Under the pieces are notes generated by a model. That model had not been told where the DNA came from. It ran no database searches and was given only the letters and a program-made list of their open reading frames with translations. DNA of 64,000 nt from Carcharhinus longimanus (taxonomy: Eukaryota), in assembly GCA_030264375.1 (NCBI GenBank), contig JASCQW010000027.1, forward strand, positions 85,274,419-85,338,418, written 5' to 3'. Position numbers and translations under genes: made by a program. Shown here in pieces: positions 62,377 through 64,000 of this stretch (the stretch's first letter is position 1; every line of letters starts with the position of its first letter).

Positions 62377-62863
62377 GGGTGTCGATTTTAACTTGGGGGG
62401 TCGAAGTGGCACTGGGGGTGGTCGGTGTTGGTTTTGGGGTGCGGGAACTATGCCAATAGCTATCCAACCAGGAGAAGCCCAGGGGATTTTTTTAAAGTTT
62501 TACAGAGGTTTCATCAAAAAAGATTGATCAATGGCCTTCTGGTAATGGAGGTGAAAAAAGTTGCATTCTTTCGAGATGTAGTTAGGTGGCATGCTAAGTG
62601 CAAGATTAATGTTTATTTTTGCATTCTGGATATGGGAGTTAAATTGGCTCACATGGCCTCCATCATCCATGATTATCGTGATTTTGTGCCAGTATTGCTA
62701 TCCCGACAATTTCTCTGCCCTTGTCTGTCTAACACTCACAATACTGAGTGAAAGAAAGACTTCAGTGGAAAGGATGTCTGGCCGGGGTAGAAATGGCTGG
62801 TTAACTGGCGACCACCCACTTTATGCCCTTCCTGCCCCCTACTGAAGTTGAAAGCCTCAACCC
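62377..62863. mobile_element. ~490-bp TIR-bounded non-autonomous DNA transposon
   Basis: gggtgtcgattttaactt / aagttgaaagcctcaaccc imperfect TIRs. Confidence 0.55.
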
Positions 62864-63129
62864 ACATGTGCCCTCCCTCTCTGTGGACAGAATCAACCAT
62901 AAGGTCAGAGCCCAGCTAGAGAATTCTTGTCTGGGCCACCAGTTGGATGCAGTTCAGGGTCATCAGCAGGAGTCAGATCAATAAATCTCCCACTGTTTGC
63001 TGTCATGTGTGGATGTTTGGTAGCTGGGTCCTAAGCACAAAGTTCACCAGGTCTTTTTCTCACATTAGCTTATTTAAAAAAGATCTTTACACAGTGCCTG
63101 TAAAAAAGAACAGTGAGGAAGAACCTTTT

Positions 63130-63335
63130 TTTACGTAGCGAGTGATAATGACCTAGGTCTCGCTGACCACAAGGATGCTGGAAGTGGAGATGAACAACAA
63201 TTTCAAAAGGAAATTGGATGGGCACCTGAGGGAAATCAATTTGTAGAGCCATGGGATCGAAGCAGGAAAATGGGGCTGAGTAAATTGTTCCAACAGCATG
63301 GATTTGATGGGCTAAATGGCCTTCTTCTGTGTAAT
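63130..63335 (+). mobile_element. Old CR1 3' end
   Basis: tttcaaaaggaaattggatgggcac..gatgggctaaatggccttcttctgtg. Confidence 0.7.
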
Positions 63336-63448
63336 AATGACTCAACGGCTCTTCATTAGATTGTGTTACTGACATTTCGTACACATACAAATAACAATAA
63401 CATATATGAAAGCAACATGAAAAGCTTAATTTTGAGTAAAATATACAG

Positions 63449-63720
63449 GGTGCAATTTCCCCACCCCGCTACGCTACTCGATCACCATAGCAGGGTGGGA
63501 AATTTAAGTGGGACCTAAAAAAGTTGATTCCCGCCCGACAGCCGGCAGGTCGTGATCTTCCTGGGCCATTTTGTTCAACGTATTCAGCCTCGTGCCAGGG
63601 AACAGCGCGATGCTGATTTAAATATTCAGCGGGTAATTTAATTCCTTTTAGTGAGCTCTGGACGCTAATGTCCAGGCTCACTTGGATTTCCAACCTGGCC
63701 GGTGAAGGCTCCCACAGGCA
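63449..63720. mobile_element. Harbinger-like non-autonomous element end
   Basis: gggtgcaatttcc terminus; CpG-rich interior. Confidence 0.45.
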
Positions 63721-64000
63721 GGGACCGAAGCTGGTCTCTAGGCAGTGGCGGATTAACTATCACCCGGACCCTTAGGCTGAGCTTTGACCTTTGACCTTGC
63801 CTCCTGCCCCTTGCCTCACCCTTCTTTGAATGGAATAAAGTGACATTAAGTGACGTTAGATAACTTATATCATTGTACTATGTATAATGTGCTACATGTA
63901 TAATATCATAAAGTTATATGAATCAATTACAGCCCTTTTATTCATTTATTTTTCATTCTCTTTACATTTGTACTTTAAAAAGCTTCCATGTTTTTTGGTT

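Noticed and set aside
1-64000. CRISPR arrays, operons or prokaryotic defence systems
   Set aside because: Eukaryotic repeat-rich DNA; no regular repeat-spacer array or gene-dense region seen

Overview
Vertebrate, CpG-poor, repeat-dense draft-assembly DNA with 15 N-gaps. The repeat content (HE1/V-SINEs, Deu-domain SINEs, CR1, Rex1/Babar, Tx1, Penelope-like elements, Harbinger, Gypsy) points to a cartilaginous fish, probably a shark (inference). I can support no intact host protein-coding gene, rRNA, tRNA or CRISPR array. The listed ORFs are decayed transposon fragments, chance ORFs or N-run read-throughs, so the window looks intronic or intergenic. Best observations: (1) a ~170-bp palindrome of two Penelope-type terminal repeats, with a hammerhead-ribozyme-like motif on each strand, inserted in a DeuSINE, plus two further hammerhead-like motifs elsewhere; (2) a resolvable triple nest, solo LTR > Tx1 LINE (15-bp TSD) > young CR1; (3) a Harbinger set of transposase relics, a Myb relic and MITEs with CWG TSDs; (4) an unexplained diverged ~85-bp direct repeat with U6-like ends; (5) a 62-nt pre-miRNA-like hairpin; (6) two candidate + strand microexons. 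Most repeat boundaries are approximate, and family names come from motif recognition, not a database search.
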